A stretch of 63,903 nt of DNA, the filler included, from Choristocarpus tenellus KU-1152 (taxonomy: Eukaryota > Protista > Phaeophyceae): NCBI GenBank assembly GCA_964200185.2. It is 14 parts of 14 records of this genome, joined end to end, with 100 filler letters (N's around TTAATTAATTAA, not from the genome) between each part and the next. Parts side by side here need not be neighbours in the genome. Positions count along the whole stretch, not along the records: positions 37,524 to 41,459 come from CAXNAD020017052.1; positions 41,560 to 45,851 come from CAXNAD020015251.1; positions 45,952 to 49,687 come from CAXNAD020018229.1; positions 49,788 to 53,156 come from CAXNAD020020487.1; 10 more parts are not named here. One strand, given 5' to 3'. Each line of letters starts with the position of its first letter. Position 1 is the first letter of the stretch. The translations under genes and the position numbers were made by a program. Positions 37,524-49,809 of this stretch are shown one piece after another. The notes beneath the pieces are model-generated. The model searched no databases, was not told the origin of the DNA, and saw nothing but the letters and a program-made list of their open reading frames with translations.

Positions 37524-37806
37524 GTGGTCCGAACCTTGAGCCAAACCAGTTCCAATATTCTTCTGACATGTCCGGATCAGGTCCTTGAAGTATTGGAGGT
37601 GGTCCGAACCTTGAGCCAAACCAGTTCCAATATTCTTCTGACATGTCCGGATCAGATCCTTGAAGTATTGGAGGTGGTCCGAACCTTGAGCCAAACCAGT
37701 TCCAATATTCTTCTGACATGTCCGGATCAGGTCCTTGAAGTAAGTCTTGAAGTATTGGAGGTGGTCCGAACCTTGAGCCAAATAGGTTCCAATGCTCTCT
37801 GACATG
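37524..37806. repeat. 75-bp tandem repeat, ~3.6 near-identical units, truncated by a gap
   Basis: Unit GTGGTCCGAACCTTGAGCCAAACCAGTTCCAATATTCTTCTGACATGTCCGGATCAGGTCCTTGAAGTATTGGAG; 12-bp insertion in the third unit. Confidence 0.95.
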
Positions 37807-39274
37807 GCTGGACCACCAGGTCATCAGAGAATTTAAACAGATGGAGCCACAGGCTGTTATCTTAGTAAATACTGTGTTACTAAATACTCCGATGTACTCC
37901 AGTTTACATGGTATTTATCAGAGAATTTAAATAGAGCCACCTGACTGCTTCGATACAAATTTATTGTGTGCTATGGTAATGGAGAGGATTGTGTGTATCT
38001 GAAGGCATGGCCATGTTTATTCCCTTATCTATGTTCGAAAATTTACAGGTGGACCAGGTGTATTTTGATCAGACCAGTTTGGTTCAAATATTTTTTATTC
38101 AGGGCTGTCAACTTTTTTTTGTTTTGTTAAGGCTGGGCTGCGAGCTGGACCAATGGAATTATGTTATAACTGGGCCTGTCCATGGTCGTTGCCTGTTTCA
38201 ATATGACCTTGTGCCAGTATGTTCTGACAGATCTGGTCCATGGCTTCCAACTATCTCAACTTGGTCAGGTCATTGCCCAGCCTTGTGTCATGGACGGGAC
38301 CCTGGGATGTACTGTCTAGGGCAATTGAAACCTTTTCTATTTCTTGATGGTTTGAAGTGAAGGTCTTTGAAAGGATTAGGTACCGTTGTTGAGGCCAAAA
38401 AAAGAGCTGTGTAATGATGATGGTCTTGGACAAAGAGGTGTGGGGGGGGGGGGGGGGAGGGGGGGGGGGGGGGAGGATTTTTTGGGGGGGGGGGGNNNNN
38501 NNNNNAAGGTTTTGGTACCGTGTTTGAGGCAAAAAAAAGGGTGTGGTAATGGTGGTGGTTTTGGACAAAGGGGTGGGGGGGGGGGGGGGGAAGTGTGAGA
38601 CGGATGTAGTATCTCTTGGTGTTGAGGGGATATTTGGTATTAAGAGGAAGTATAGGAGGGGGAAAGGGTATGAGGAGTTGATTGCATTAGAGGTGCTTGT
38701 ATTTGTTACATGTGGTGCGAGTCTTTTGCCCTGTCTGTTAGGGGGTTATGTTAGTGATACACTGTAACACAACCCGAGCCTGATTCATGGTCATGGTACA
38801 GCAGTGTTGGGCTGTGGGGTTCACTCTTCCTGGGGAGGAAGTCGAATTAGTACCCTATCCCTGTCCCACACCATATATGTGATGCCCATTTTTTTTTTTT
38901 CATCTACTATAAAGATAGAAATATGATTGTGTTACTAAGACAGGTGATAGTGCCTTTCTGTTGTTGTAAATCCTATGGATAGGTCAGTCCGGCAAAGTGG
39001 TAGTGATTTTTTTTCAAGAATTCACTCCGCTATATTCTCTTACTTCCTTGGTTGACCTCAATGAGAAGATGATGGTGGTTGCTGTAGTTTTGTTAATTGT
39101 GTTATTATTATTTTTTGTAAATGTCATGTCGTGCTGCTTTGTTCATTGGCTAGCCCCTACCGCCCTCCTGCTTCTGCGTTCCTGTGTCCACCTTGGATGG
39201 TTCCATGGTTCCTGCCTTGCTTCTGGTGTGTACTTGGCATGGTTCTTGTGTGTGCTTGGTGTTGTACCTGGCAG

Positions 39275-39797
39275 GTTTGTGTTTGTTCATGGGCTTCCTG
39301 ACACCGGTATGATAGTTGCTGTTCAGGCTATTGGGCGGCATCGATGGGTCAAGTACCATCAAGGACAGCAAAATCTTGTGTCGCCTGGGACTTTGCTGAC
39401 GTCTGTGCTTAAGGGTATCAAGGCAGCAGAGAATGAGGGTAGGGGTGGAGGGCAGGGTGCCCAATTAGAGCAGGTATGGATGGGATAATATGTCCTTAGC
39501 CCTTTGAACCTTCAACTCCTTAAGATCCTAGAATTATGAGTTGGAGCTCATGTATTTATTGCATTATTTCATGCTGTAGTTTCTTGGAAGTTTTTACATC
39601 TCCAAATATTTTGCATGATCAACTGTCATATGTTGTAGTTTGTGTATATGTTGTATTATGTACTGTCAACATTTCTGCTCCTTAGTTCATTGGTATTATG
39701 CATGTGTGCCACATGGCTGACTAGTTGGTGCTTCTTCAGCCTCAGAGGAGTTGTTGGAAACACCTCACATCAGCAAGTTAATTCTAATGTTATTGTG

Positions 39798-39854
<57 letters not shown>

Positions 39855-40816
39855 ATACACACATTAGTATGCCCTATTTCTACCTTTAGTTTATGACCAG
39901 GGTTTTATACTGTCTTTTGAAATATCTTTGATGGCTGTATATGTTGTATATATAGGGTTATATTGGCAACATTTCTTTTCCCAAATGGTAGAGAATGTGA
40001 TGCATTGTGCTTCATAGTGTCGCCTTTTGGTGATATCGAAAAAAACATGTGGATACTATCATTCCTTGGTATGTTATGATATATTTATGGGAAACATTTA
40101 GGGTGTGGTAAGTGTAAGGTACAGTGAATAATAATAATATTATCAAGAATGTTGGCCCTTCTAGTCCAAGTGTTAACAGGTAAAAAATTCCAGAGTTTTA
40201 TATTTCCTGATGGCGATTATATCTAATTGGAAGACTGTTGGTGACAAAAGAGTCAAAACAGCAGCTAGTAGAGGTGATCAAGGTAGTTCTATTGACTGTT
40301 TTTGCAGCAACAAGAAGAGACCAGCCAATGAGAAAGCTCGTTTCATGTGTATCCCTTTTGATTTGCTGGTTCATAGTTGTGCAATGGATTATTATCCCCA
40401 ATTCACCCCCCCCCTTCCCTTTTTTTTAAATGTCGAGGCCTTATATGGTTAAGATCGTGTGTTTGATAAAATGTTGATGAAATGCTGCAGTATTTTTTTA
40501 GTTCACTGTGGATGATGTAGTTCCATTCATCAACCAATAGAATAAGTAAAAGTCATTTGCTGTGTACGGAATTGAAGAGATGTTACAACCTACAACAACA
40601 AAAAAGCGTTGGTGTAAAATGGACCCTCTCTCCAAACCCCTTCCTACTGTTACATTTATAACTGACTGGCATGTCCAGATGTGTCAGTGCACGTCGACAG
40701 GATGTTGGCGTTACTGCCCTAAGGTCCAAGAAGACCTCTTGGATGGCCGTGACCTCAATGCGAATCGGCGGCAGCTTGTTCAGGACTGGGTATTTCGATT
40801 TAACGTCAAGGTTTAG
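39275..40816 (+). CDS. Hypothetical protein, last two exons of a spliced gene fragment
   Basis: Exon 39275-39473 (ggcag|G...GAGCAG|gtatgg; FVFVHGLPDTGMIVAVQAIGRHRWVKYHQGQQNL...) joins in phase 0 to 40679-40816 (tccag|MCQCTSTGCWRYCPKVQEDLL...FNVKV*). Family not recognised. Confidence 0.55.
39798..39863. repeat. (CA)n microsatellite
   Basis: Directly visible. Confidence 0.95.
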
Positions 40817-41559
40817 TCAAGCCCTAACCCTTTCGTGTACATTTGTTAGTTAGTACCAGAACAGTAGTAGTAGCAAACCATTTATCAAACCTGAACTTCT
40901 GTCAAAATCTAATTCTTACCCTTGGTGAGTTATTGCTGGACATCTCGTACTTAATGGTGATGCTATCCCCTAACACTGATTTAATACTCCGTAACATGTG
41001 TAGTACCCTCTGACGTTGTAATGTAGCCTTGATGGCTAGCCCTGAAACCTCAACCCTTAAGATGTTTACTTTTTCATTTGTTAGTGGTGGTTGACCTACT
41101 ACTTCTGTGCCATAAGTCTGTGCCGCGAAATACCTATTTTTTTGGCTCGCCGAGCGAGAATGGCGCCGAATCGGACGGTAACACCCCCACAGGATGAAAT
41201 CGGGTTAGGGTTAGGGTTGACAATCTCAGCTTTCAGAAAAGGTGGGGGTTGAGGATCATCAGGTACAAACTAGAGGTGCTTCAAGCCGTCAAAGTAGGGG
41301 TCTTTTGGGGTTAGGGTTAGATCTTGAAGCCAGAAGTGGGGTATATTGAGGGTCAGAACGTCGGCGTGGGAACCGCCCTGTTGAACAACCCCCCCCCCCC
41401 CTTCCCCGCCTCTATACGGTTCCTCCCTTTCGTCTCTCACGATCGCTGAAGATGCTGACNNNNNNNNNNNNNNNNNNNNNNNNNNNNNNNNNNNNNNNNN
41501 NNNTTAATTAATTAANNNNNNNNNNNNNNNNNNNNNNNNNNNNNNNNNNNNNNNNNNNN

Positions 41560-41622
41560 TGATTTTGGCCCAAAATGGACACCCTGGGGTAGACCCCCCC
41601 CCCCCCGCAGATACTTTGGGTC
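41560..41622 (+). mobile_element. MITE family A, partial, at contig start
   Basis: AAATGGACACCCTGGGGTAGACCCCC...CAGATACTTTGGGTC. Confidence 0.8.
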
Positions 41623-41899
41623 AGGTCAAGCACGAGATTTGAGTAAGGAAGAACAAGGAGACCAATGGGGTGAGCTGAGCTCATCACGTGAGAAGTAGGG
41701 CATTAGTGAGGGCTAATAGTGCAGCAGTTACACAGTTAGTATGTCAGAAGAAGTATAAAAGTGGTGTAATACTACAGTGTGCAGTGCTTCTAACCCCAAC
41801 TAAAGTGGCTAAATAGTAGTCATATCATTAACAAATGATATAAAGAAATACAACGATCACGAAAAAGTATACATGGAAGAAGTGACACGTTTAAGTTTT

Positions 41900-41975
41900 T
41901 ACCACTAGCTCAGAGGTTTTGGTGGCAACATCCTGTGTGGAATTTGAGGGTTCAAGACCCCTCGTCGTCGGATTT
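41900..41975 (+). mobile_element. tRNA-derived (SINE-like) head
   Basis: A-box-like TAGCTCAGAGG (41906) and B-box-like GGTTCAAGACCC (41949); no intact cloverleaf. Confidence 0.4.
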
Positions 41976-44900
41976 CTCTTCACAAAAACTGTGCATCAAA
42001 ACCTGTTCCACGTGGCAAGCACAACACCTGTAATATCCTGTCTGTGGTAATATATGAGGTGAGAGGGTGAGAAAAATTCAAGTTGAAGGGTCATTATTGT
42101 GGACAATTAGGAACCAAGGCACTTTCTCGAAAACTGTGGCACTCTCGTACAGATGAAGCCTGAGACATGATCATTTGCCATCATACCCCTGATACCCCTC
42201 AATTTTTTCCCGCTTTCTCTAGGAGCAGGACGTGTAGCAACAACTTACAGAACAGCCCTGTCTTGTTAACAATTTATACGTGGCCCAAGGGATATTTTGC
42301 GCAGGTGTCGATCACTGTCCATAGTACTTCCCTAAATACTATTTATCGATTATCAGACATTCGTCGGAGGTGATCCCAACCTGTGATTGGAGGCACTACA
42401 CCACACTACTACTTCTCATACTTACTGATTAACTACTGCACTACGACTAATTGTACTGCCTCTGTTCCTGCCTCGCTCCTCGCACACTGGGTTCAGCAAT
42501 CCCACTCCTCATTGCTCCGCTTCCTCCTTTGAATCTCCTTATACTGCCCACCCCGAAGATTTCCACCTTCACCCTAATCCAGCACTTTTTGTGGTGTAGC
42601 ACAGACAGGATAATAGTACACGTGTACAATCCAATTATGAATGCCACAGGGAAATAGCATAAGATATTGGTGAAAAGAAGTGGGGCGTCTCGCGGACTTG
42701 AAGCCTCTAAATCCATGCAGGCTCCCACCGCCTTAAAACGACTGAGCCACAAGGATGCCCTTATTGCCTATTCATCAACACTGGTAGTCTTTCGGTGCTG
42801 CCTCATCCTCTTGTCACTGAGTTATTTTTCTTCCAACTTATCTTACCATCACTCTGCAAGACCTTAATATCTGCATCACACGGCGTTTGGGGTTAAAGTT
42901 TTGCTTTAGCTATTAAGACCAAATGCCACAATAGTGCCTCGCGAGTCACAAGCAGACCAGCTCTCCTGGTCTCTCTGCAAAGCCTGTGACCACGCTATCC
43001 ACCTGACCCCAGCAAGAAGAACACAAAAAGGGGTCGGTGACTAATTTGTTGCAATATTGTATTGTACTTATACATAGGGCACTATTGGAATTAGTGGTTG
43101 CACGGTGCACACACTTTAGAAGTGCAAACGTATAAAGTCTTACGTGTGGATAGTGTTGTTTTCGGACCGAATCCTTGCTTCCCTTTTTACTTGCAGGAAG
43201 AGATGTTTCTAAAGTTCGTTCTTATTATTTTCAAATTTAAATATTGGTTCTCATGATAACACGATATCGCTCTGCGTTACTGCCTTCGTTTATCTTGTGT
43301 CCACCTAACAACTCCAGCACTTAGCCTTTCTGGGACAATGAAGACCGTTCCCGTTTGTCGGTGTGACCGGATGTGTCCTTACGCTTTCCCTTGAGCTTTG
43401 CCGTACCAGACAAGGCGCTGCCCCAAACCTTGCTGGTGGCACTTTCCCACAAAGATGACCCTGCATCAGGCAGCTGTAACTTGTCAGGGACAAGAACGAT
43501 GGATACTCCCTTCTTAAAGTCCGTATGCTACACTGTAAATAATACATCTGCACAGCAACGTCATCAGTGTGGTTATTCCCTAAGAACAAATGTTCGCTCT
43601 GCAATGCTCCGAGTTGAGCCCTACAAAGGTGGTCGAGGAGCTAGAGAAGAATCCCAAGAAATCTGTGTGGTGATTCTAGTTTGGAAGACACGTCTCCATA
43701 AGATCTACATATATATATGCAGTTACGAATACTATCTATCTCAAACGAGTCTCGACAGCCCCTCTCTTAGTGTAACCCTTAGTCCTGCTACCCCCTACCG
43801 CATCTATGACCAACTCATCGAAAGAAAACTCTCTATTTGCTTACCAAGCCGCCCAAACCTTCCTCCACACTTTGATGCTGTTGTCATACACCCCCCCTTC
43901 GGTTCTTTCCCCTTCAAGTATACAAAGGTATAGAGACAGCAAGAAATCAAAGTAATTGTTGAAGATCCAAACAAAACTCGAGATGGTTGACGCACATGAA
44001 TTAGGTACGTCATCTCTAAAGGGACCACAAATTCAGATACCAATACAAAACTAGTCAATGAAGTGGTAATGAGTTGTGGAAGGTTTAAGGTTGACTTTGA
44101 AGGATTGGTGTTTTGGTTTTTGAATTATCAGATAAAAAATCCCTCACCTATTTGTTATGGTCGGACCCTTGTATATTATCGGAGGATTAAAGCAATGTCT
44201 TGAAAATAGAGAAGAATTTATTTTGGCATTTGTACATCCATCCCCACCAACATTTTCCAGACGTGTGAGGTGAGGGGAAAAAAATAGACTACTATAATTA
44301 GGAAAAGTATTCAATTATTAGTTGCATTATTCAATTTTTATTTCCAATTTCAGATACATCTTGAGTCTTTGTCTTCCCATCAGGATTGGTCTAATGATAC
44401 ACTATTATTACACGTATTATTGCATAGGTGCGTTTTCTATACATCTAGAGGGATAACCTAGACAACGACTAGCCAACTCCCCTCATTTATTGAGCAAACA
44501 CCTCTGACATACGTATGGTCTGTCATAAGCAAAAATAGGTGCATGGCAGGCAGCAGACAGTCGAGGTCCCAGAGGAATCACAGCCGACTTTAGACCAAAC
44601 CTTGCATATCATAGGGTTTGTTTAAGCAACCCGACTTGAGACCTACTGAGTGACATGTATATCGAAAGATGCTCTCTTCCAACTCTTTGTTAAAAGGCAG
44701 TGCACGCTCAACAATCCAGTCTTTGGACCTCTGGGTACCTATCGAAGCACCTGCCACACAGCAAGGATTTCTTGTAGCAACACGCGCAGACTCTTGAACA
44801 ACTAAGCCTCATCGGTAGATAAACGACTAGAATTTTGAAGAGATACACGATGTAGGACGGAACAGTAACGGAATCTACCCACCTACTGATCATCTTCGTA

Positions 44901-45783
44901 ACTCATTGGCAGTCGGCCAGTTTCCTTCATTGGAATGAGCGAGTTTGAGCCTGGTCAAGTTCAGATTTTCTTTTCAAGGAACTCTGGTTTCAATGGAAAC
45001 ATGGCGAGTGTAAGATATAGTTACACCTGTACCCTCCTGTCCGTCGCTAAGCCGAAAAGAGAACGCAGAAAATATGAATCGTGGTGGCAAGGCATCATTC
45101 GGGCAGGCGAGTACCGCACGACATTTGAAGGAGGCAGATTGACAAAGGGTGGGATGATTGAACCCAATGCACAAGACATGTAAGGCTCCCTCGCAGCAGT
45201 GCAATAAGAAATCAGCTTCTAGTTGATATTGTGCAGCTGCATGCAGTGGCTCTATCAGCGGGTCATGGTAGCTAGGTTCTAGGTTAATGTTTGATTTTTT
45301 TTCTAGGTCGTAATTGTTGAACTTTTTTCTCCCTGCTGTCTGTAGTCTCTCTTTTCTACATAAATGCAATGTCCAACAATTCTATCATTTAACCTCCCCC
45401 TTACCTCTTTCATCCCAAGAACTCCAGATCAGTCATTGCTTTGCCCTTGCCTCATCTCAACATTTCAAGCGTTTCTGCCTTCTTGGATTATGGTCTTGGA
45501 CATCTCTTCCTTTTGAAAAGATTTCTCCTGGATTATTTACCCCTCTCAAGCAATTGACTTATGTTCACACAAAGCACATGTGTGGGTATTCCGACACAAT
45601 CAATTTCAATCCCAAACATCACAACCAATGTGCTCATATGTACCAACCAAAAGTGGGAGTAGCGGGCACCATTAATTGCCACCAAATCCATTCCACCTAA
45701 TTGAAGGTGCAGATACACTCCGCCAAATCGTTCGAAACATAACATTACACTCCTACTTCAATTGCAATCATCAATCCCACCAA

Positions 45784-45851
45784 GGCTCAAAGTATTTGGT
45801 GGGGGGTGGCGGCTGTCCATTTGGGGTCAATTTTTTCATGTCGTGATTCTT
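45784..45851 (+). mobile_element. MITE family A, partial, at contig end
   Basis: GGCTCAAAGTATTTGGTGGGGGGTGGCGGCTGTCCATTTGGGGTCAA. Confidence 0.85.
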
Positions 45852-46304
45852 NNNNNNNNNNNNNNNNNNNNNNNNNNNNNNNNNNNNNNNNNNNNTTAAT
45901 TAATTAANNNNNNNNNNNNNNNNNNNNNNNNNNNNNNNNNNNNNNNNNNNNCGATCTCGGATCAGCCCACCCGACGTGGTTTGACCCCAGGGTGAGTGAG
46001 GACTTGGTGGCGTCAAGTAACTCCTGTGGCAAGGTTTTATCTCACCCTTTTTTCAATAAAATAATATTTTAGCTGGGCCACACGATCCTCAATATGTTAG
46101 TTTGAAAATTATATTTTTATATTATTTTATGTTGTGTTTTTTTTTTGCCGACACCTCCTTTGTCTCCACCATCCCCCCCTCCCCCAAACTTGTACTCTTT
46201 TTTTTTACTTGATTGTGGTGGTACTATATCTCAGGGGGTTTTTTGTCTTGAGATGTTTGGCACTATCAGAGTCTTGAGAACTTTCCAAGCATAATCAATC
46301 CGTG

Positions 46305-46540
46305 GACCATGACCATGACCATGACTATGACCCCACTAATCGCATATTCTCCCAGAGGATTCCGTCTCTCTCTTCACGATTTCCATTAATCCTGTACACC
46401 AGATCCCCCTCCACATTGTATTCTTATCTATCTTCTTCCTGTTGAAGGGAGTCAATAAAAACGGTCTATAGCTGGGGATTTGATCCCACGACATCTGATA
46501 CGATGATAACATGTTTACCACTCTACCACTGTTCCACCAC
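46305..46540 (-). mobile_element. Putative tRNA-derived SINE with (GTCATG)n tail
   Basis: Minus strand: A-box-like TGGTAGAGTGGTA, B-box-like GGGATCAAATCCC, ~140-bp body, then a GTCATA/GTCATG tandem tail (46305-46331). The head resembles 48790-48822 (TCAGATATCGTGGGTTCAAATCTC). Confidence 0.55.
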
Positions 46541-46994
46541 GTGCAAACAGGTGACACATCTGCACAAACAAAAAAAACAAAAAAGAGTTGGGATGTTTCG
46601 ATAACTCACTCGGTGGAGATTGGGTTTGGGTTTGGGTTAGGGTTAGGGTGCAAACTGTGGTTAGCGTGTTCGTGCTTTTTAGGTTTGTTACCTGTCGCGG
46701 TGATGGTCATTACCTGTCGTGTGTCTTACTCCCACTCTCGGAGGCTCTTGTGTGGAGACTTAGGTTGTGTACAAGAGTATATTGTACTACATTTTAAATC
46801 CCTGTTTCCCGTCTGCAAAGAACGGTTCTGTTGAAGCTCACCGGTGTGATTGTGCCTGTTACGACAGCCTGTCCTTGTCGAGTTTATTCTTCTTCTTTTT
46901 GATAGCTTTCCCCTCCCCCTCCCCTCCCCTCCCCCTCCCCCTTTCACCACACACCACTACACACACCCCGTACTTGACTGCAATGATATGTCAG

Positions 46995-48132
46995 GGAGAT
47001 CTAGTGTTTGTTCCCAGCGATGTGCTTAGCAAAAAAGCAGTAGACCGGGGCTTTGAGCCCGAGAAGGTCAGGCAGTTTGGCCTTCCAGTGCGGCCTCCCT
47101 TCTGGTGAGTTGGAGTTCTCAATCAAAGGCGTCCGTGCACGCAAGACTGGCTTTCGAGTTGAGTGTATGATGTGGTTACTTTTTTTTCCAATTTTTTGTG
47201 CTTTTTTTCAGGGGTGATATCGTTATCATATAACGGGGAGCGTTTGATCGTGTACCTTTTTTCAGGGGTGTGTACCTTTTACTTTTGCTGTATTATTTAT
47301 TTATTTTAATTTTATAAAAATACCTTTTTTCTTGCCCGTGTTGTTGATGATCTTAGGAAGGTGTCGGGGTCTAAGGAAAGGCTCCAGGAGTCTCTCGGCC
47401 TGCTGAAGGGAGTCAGGTGTGCGATTGTCTTCTTGTCGTTGCTTCTGTTTTGTTTTTTTTATTACTATTGCATTAGTGTTTGTTTTTTATAATCTGTTTG
47501 TACGACGGAGATCGTTTTGAGGAGAGTATCGATCCTTTTTGGGGGAGGGGGGAGAGACAAGGAGGAAGAGACAATTTTGTGGATCTGAGGTTGAGGATAG
47601 AAAGAACTGAGAGAACTAAAAGAGGGGGGAGAGACAAGGAGGAAGAGGCAATTGTGTGAATCCGAGGTTGAGGATAGAAAGAACTGAGAGAACTAATAGA
47701 ACTGAGGGAGTGACCTACCTACGACAGGGAAGAATAGAAAGAAGAAAAAAAAAGCACTCTGCGTGTGGGTCTTCCTCGTAATGAGTTTTATTTATTATTA
47801 TTATCATTCATAATAATAATAAAAACAGCTGTTTTTGTGTTACTTTGCGGGACAGGATCGGTATTGACTTTTTTGTTTTTTTGTTGAGAAAATGAGTAAG
47901 ATTGTTGTGGATGGATGGCATTTTTATTTTTATTTATCTCTTGTCGAATCTCGTTGTCAAAAACATTTACCTATGTCCCTTTCGTCTCCTCGATGCCCCC
48001 CCCCCCGGTTTCCTTGTGCTTTTAAAAAACGCTGTTGAAATAATTGATTTGTGTTTGCACTTGGACCTCAGGACTGCCCTCATAGTGGGGGGAGGGGATG
48101 GTGTTGGAAAGCTGCAGGATATTTCGAAGCAG
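46995..48132 (+). CDS. MGD: Monogalactosyldiacylglycerol (MGDG) synthase, GT28 family, three internal exons
   Basis: Exons 46995-47104, 47357-47416 and 48072-48132 splice in phase to GDLVFVPSDVLSKKAVDRGFEPEKVRQFGLPVRPPFW|KVSGSKERLQESLGLLKGVR|TALIVGGGDGVGKLQDISKQ, matching the MGD motifs GLPVRP.F and ..L.GGG[ED]G.G. The 5' and 3' exons were not found in this contig. Confidence 0.9.
47545..47700. repeat. 77-bp purine-rich tandem duplication in an MGD intron
   Basis: GAGGGGGGAGAGACAAGGAGGAAGAG...GAGAACTAA occurs twice. Confidence 0.85.
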
Positions 48133-48547
48133 GTGAGTAAAATAGGATCAATAGAGGTTACTTGAGTTGTCCAAACCTGATAGTGTGTTCTGCATTGTTC
48201 TGTGGCACAAGGAGATTGCTTGATGATTGCAGTTCTACCATTATTCCGCAATGCTCTGAGCTACATCATTCCTTAGGGTGATTGTTTGAGTAGAGCACAA
48301 GGTAACCTGAAGTCTTTTTGTTGTTGTGTGTTGTGAACGAGGTCCTTCTGAGGCGCTTTACATTCTAGCACACCTAACCCTTTGCCGCCAAGACATTGAA
48401 GGATAACACAGTAGTAGTATCTCTTGTATTTGGGGTTTTGTTTGTGCTTGGCATGGCATACCTTTGGCATTATGCGGTTCTTCTCACCACCTTTTTTAAT
48501 CGTAGTTTGAAGTAGTACAGAAATATTTACGCATGTTGCGTGCCTGT

Positions 48548-48599
<52 letters not shown>

Positions 48600-48739
48600 C
48601 AAGGGGAAGTGGCCTGTTTCATGATATATGAGCGCCCATCTCTCTTGAACATTCATTCCAGTGCATATTACAGGACTTGTTCGAATTTTTGAATACATGT
48701 TCTGTAGCGGGGTTGTTGTTGTTTGGGATGGTGAAACTA

Positions 48740-48830
48740 TTGCCTTGGCAGCATTGAAGCGGTTTCGTCATCTCATCGCCAGTACTTTCTGCGTCAGATA
48801 TCGTGGGTTCAAATCTCACTCTCTTTACAA
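48740..48830 (+). mobile_element. tRNA-derived (SINE-like) head
   Basis: B-box GGGTTCAAATCTC preceded by TCAGATATCGT, similar to the 46305-46540 element. Confidence 0.35.
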
Positions 48831-49787
48831 GAGACCTTTTTTTTTTAGGTCTCTTTACAATGGGAGGGCAACAGTGTTTTCAAAGTTGTTCTGGTTGGGC
48901 TTGATGGTAGTTGCAGAGACTGGGAAGATGACTTACGGACTAACTAAGTGGGAGACATACCACCCCACCCACTTTAGGGGTGGGTGGGGTTGCACGGGGT
49001 AAGATGGAAATACTACTCTGTAGACAGCTGAAGTACTTGTCTGGCAGTGGAGGAAAGTGTTTATGGCATGAGAGTAGTATCTTGATGCTTTTGTTTTTCA
49101 TAAGAGGATGTTGTAGGTGGCATCTTGATTTCACATCCCCTGTCGAAGGGTTAAGGATGTTCGCTGCTGACGTGGGAGGTAGTTCAGTTTGTTGTCCAAT
49201 TGATTTTTTCATCCGTGGTCAGACCTGCAACATGCGTCACATCTTGATTCGAAAGCGCAAAATCGCTTGTGACAGGAAGTTAAATTGACCAGAAAGTTTT
49301 GAATTTACTCGTCTTGGATTGTATTAGAAACATATACCCCATATATATATATATATATATACAAGTGGAAGGGTGTGAGTTGCTGAGCTCTGCGAGCGAT
49401 GAGCACCAATGAACCAATCGATCGCGTTTGTACGAAAGATGAACCAATCGAAATTCACCCCCCTCGCTTTTTGTTTCCAGTTATTGAATTTTTAAATCAA
49501 ATGGTAGGGATTTTTAATGCTGCACGGATTACACGGCATATGCTTTGGTGTCTCCAATTTGTCTGCTACTTCTCCAGATGATGCGGGGGGGGGGGGGGGG
49601 GGGGGGGGAACCAAACCGTTTTTTTTTTGTTTTTTTTTTTTTTTTTTTTGGTGGGTGTGAGAGGTGGGGGTGGGGGGGGGGGGGGGGNNNNNNNNNNNNN
49701 NNNNNNNNNNNNNNNNNNNNNNNNNNNNNNNTTAATTAATTAANNNNNNNNNNNNNNNNNNNNNNNNNNNNNNNNNNNNNNNNNNNN

Positions 49788-49809
49788 CCCCCCCTAGATA
49801 CTTTGAGCC
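49788..49809. mobile_element. MITE family A, TIR remnant at contig start
   Basis: CCCCCCTAGATACTTTGAGCC. Confidence 0.65.

Noticed and set aside
37524-37806. CRISPR-like array
   Set aside because: These are head-to-tail identical units with no unique spacers, there are no cas genes, and the context is eukaryotic.
38379-38590. Direct repeat on either side of a 10-N gap
   Set aside because: The two noisy versions each end in poly-G, so they are probably overlapping low-quality read ends.
42450-43040. Third piggyBac-like copy on the minus strand (LSRFKAV...EASSPR)
   Set aside because: Only one short similarity; colinearity could not be shown by eye.
43800-45700. Possible RT relic (ISKDALFQL...PVFG)
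   Set aside because: A single weak motif with no supporting YxDD.
48548-48597. Long poly-G/poly-C tracts (also 11708, 19828, 24110, 49585) as G-quadruplex elements or polyproline ORFs
   Set aside because: Most lie near contig ends or noisy sequence, so their lengths are unreliable.
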